A stretch of 64,000 nt of DNA from the NCBI RefSeq assembly GCF_963921235.1, contig NC_086110.1:13640001-13704000 (forward strand), given 5' to 3'. Numbering within the stretch: the stretch's first letter is position 1; every line of letters starts with the position of its first letter. The translations under genes were made by a program, and so were the position numbers. This stretch comes from Mobula hypostoma. Its lineage: Eukaryota. The notes beneath the pieces were generated by a model. That model saw only the letters and a program-made list of their open reading frames with translations. It searched no databases and was not told the DNA's origin. This document shows positions 62,040 through 64,000 of the stretch, one piece after another.

Positions 62040-62872
62040 GCCGGTGGTGGCGAATCTCTGGATTTATTTTTCATCCTGTAAGGTTTGTGGGGACTAAACT
62101 ATTGGGTCGTTCGAGGGGAAGAAAGTTCTTTTGTCTTTGAATGATCGGATCTGTGGGGAGGACTTCAGGGTCACCAAGAGAATAGTAGCGTAGGGAAAAT
62201 CTCTCGACAAAAAAGAACGTAAACTGCTCCAAAGTCGAAATTAGACAAATATTTAGTATTGTATAACTATATCAATAAAAGGGGCATGGATGGAGTCTAA
62301 GTACAAGAATAAAAAGTCCGTTCAGAAGGCTGATATGTATAAACAGACGCAGCAAGACGAGGGGCCTAGCTCCACTCACGGAGAGCCAGGACGGATATAA
62401 TGTGGAAGAATCGGTGAATCTGACTTTGACTCTTAGCGAAATTCGTGATTTCTGACAAGATATCAACAAACAGCTGGAAGATATTAAAGGATAAATAGGG
62501 AAAACCAATCTGTGTTTAGATGAAGCCGAAGCGAGGGTTGTAGGGACTGAGGAGAGGCTGCAAAACGCAGAGGAAGTGATAGAAGAAATGCTGAAGCTAC
62601 AAGAGCAGCTCCAGTGGAGGCTAATTGACCAAAAAGGTCACTCTAGAAGGGAAAATATGACGATCTAGGAGTTCCCGAAGGAGTTGAAGGTAAGCCCGGA
62701 CTGGTGATTCCATTCGTGGAGAAGCTGCTTCGAGAGAACCTTGAAAGACCAGACGCAAAAGACCTACAGAGACAAAGGGCCTACCAAGCGTTGGCACCCC
62801 ATCCCCCGGTTGATGCCCAGCCCAGATCGATTTTAGTCAGATTTCCCAGTTACAGAACGAAGGAAGAAGCTA
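62040..62872 (+). mobile_element. L1-clade 5' end with degenerate ORF1
   Basis: LDEAEARVVGTEERL...SRREN...GVPEGVEG...FVEKLLRENL...QPRSILVRF; cut by CR1 at ~62873. Confidence 0.8.
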
Positions 62873-64000
62873 GTACTACGTGACAGTGATGGTAAAAATT
62901 AGAGGAGATGGCAGTTGAATGCGTGGCTGAGGAGTTGGTACAGGGAGCAGGGATTTAGATTTTTAGATCATTGGGATCTCTTCTGGGGAAGGTGGGACCT
63001 GTACAGATTGGATGGGTTGAACCTGAACTCGAGGAGGAGCAATATCCTTGCAGGTAGGTTTGCTAGCATGGTTCGGGATGGTTTAAACTAATTTGAGAGG
63101 GGGATGGGACCCAGAGCGATGGAGCAGTGAAAGAAGTGCATGCAGTAAAGCCAGATCTAACATACAGAGAGGCTTTGAGCAAAGAGAAGCAGAATAAACG
63201 GTGTAAAGACAGTAAGGTAGAAGGGCTGAAATGTGTGTACCTCAATGCAAGAAGCATCAGGAACAAAGGTGATGAAAGGTGAGCTTGGATACATACATGG
63301 AATTATGATGTAGTGGCCATTACAGAGACTTGGCTGGCACCAGGGCAGGAATGGATTCTCAGTATTCCTGGATTTCAGTGCTTTAAAATGGATAGAGAGG
63401 GCGGAAAAATGGGAGGAGGGTTGGCATTACTGGTCAGGGATACTATTACAGCTACAGAAAGGGTGGGTAATGTAGCAGGATCCTCTTTTGAGTCAATATG
63501 GGTGGAAATCAGGAACAGGAAGGGAGCAGTTACTCTACTGGGGGTATTCTATAGGCCCCCTAGTAGCAGCAGAGATACAGAGGAGCAGATTGGGAGGCAG
63601 ATTTTGGAAAGGTGCAAAAATAACAGGGCTGTATTCATGGGTGACTTTAACTTCTCTAATATTGATTGGCACCTGATTAATTCCAAGGGTTTAGATGGGG
63701 CAGAGTTCAAGTGTGTCCAGGATGGATTCCTGTCACAGTATGTGGACAGGCCGACCAGGGGGAATGCCGTACTAGATCTAGTAATAGGTAATGAACCGGG
63801 TCAGGTCACAGATTTCTCAGTGGGTGAGCATCTGGGGGACAGTGACCACCGCTCCCTGGCCTTTATAATTATCATGGAAAAGGATAGAATCAAAGAGGAC
63901 AGGAAATTTTTTAATTGGGGAAAGGCAAATTATGAGGCTATAAGGCTAGAACTTGCGGGTGTGAATTGGGATGATGTTTTTGCAGGGAAATGTACTATGG
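62873..64000 (+). mobile_element. CR1 fragment (ORF1 end and ORF2 endonuclease), runs off the window
   Basis: YLNARSIRNKGDE, YDVVAITETWL, YRPP, MGDFN motifs. Confidence 0.92.

Overview
Eukaryotic genomic DNA, mostly nested and decayed retroelements: CR1, L1, Rex1, RTE-BovB, R4/Dong, Penelope, Gypsy including a Gmr1-type, solo LTRs, SINEs and a Harbinger-type MITE. The repeat repertoire suggests a cartilaginous fish, probably a ray (inference). One host gene can be assembled by hand on the minus strand (13267 down to 3643). It has 8 exons with canonical GT-AG sites and consistent phases: leader, a germline-joined VJ-type Ig domain, a C1-set Ig domain, a transmembrane exon, two mini-exons and two tyrosine-motif exons (TAYASL, VIYSQV/T, LTYVAL, TLYADV). 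This is a non-rearranging, antigen-receptor-shaped (VJ-C1) inhibitory receptor of about 350 aa, with alternative donors predicting tail-switched and tail-less isoforms. Upstream lie tandem relics of an ITIM-type exon and an old ~2 kb duplication (offset ~13 kb), suggesting a decayed multigene cluster. Penelope terminal repeats carry minimal hammerhead ribozyme motifs. All calls were made by eye. Repeat boundaries are approximate unless a TSD is quoted.
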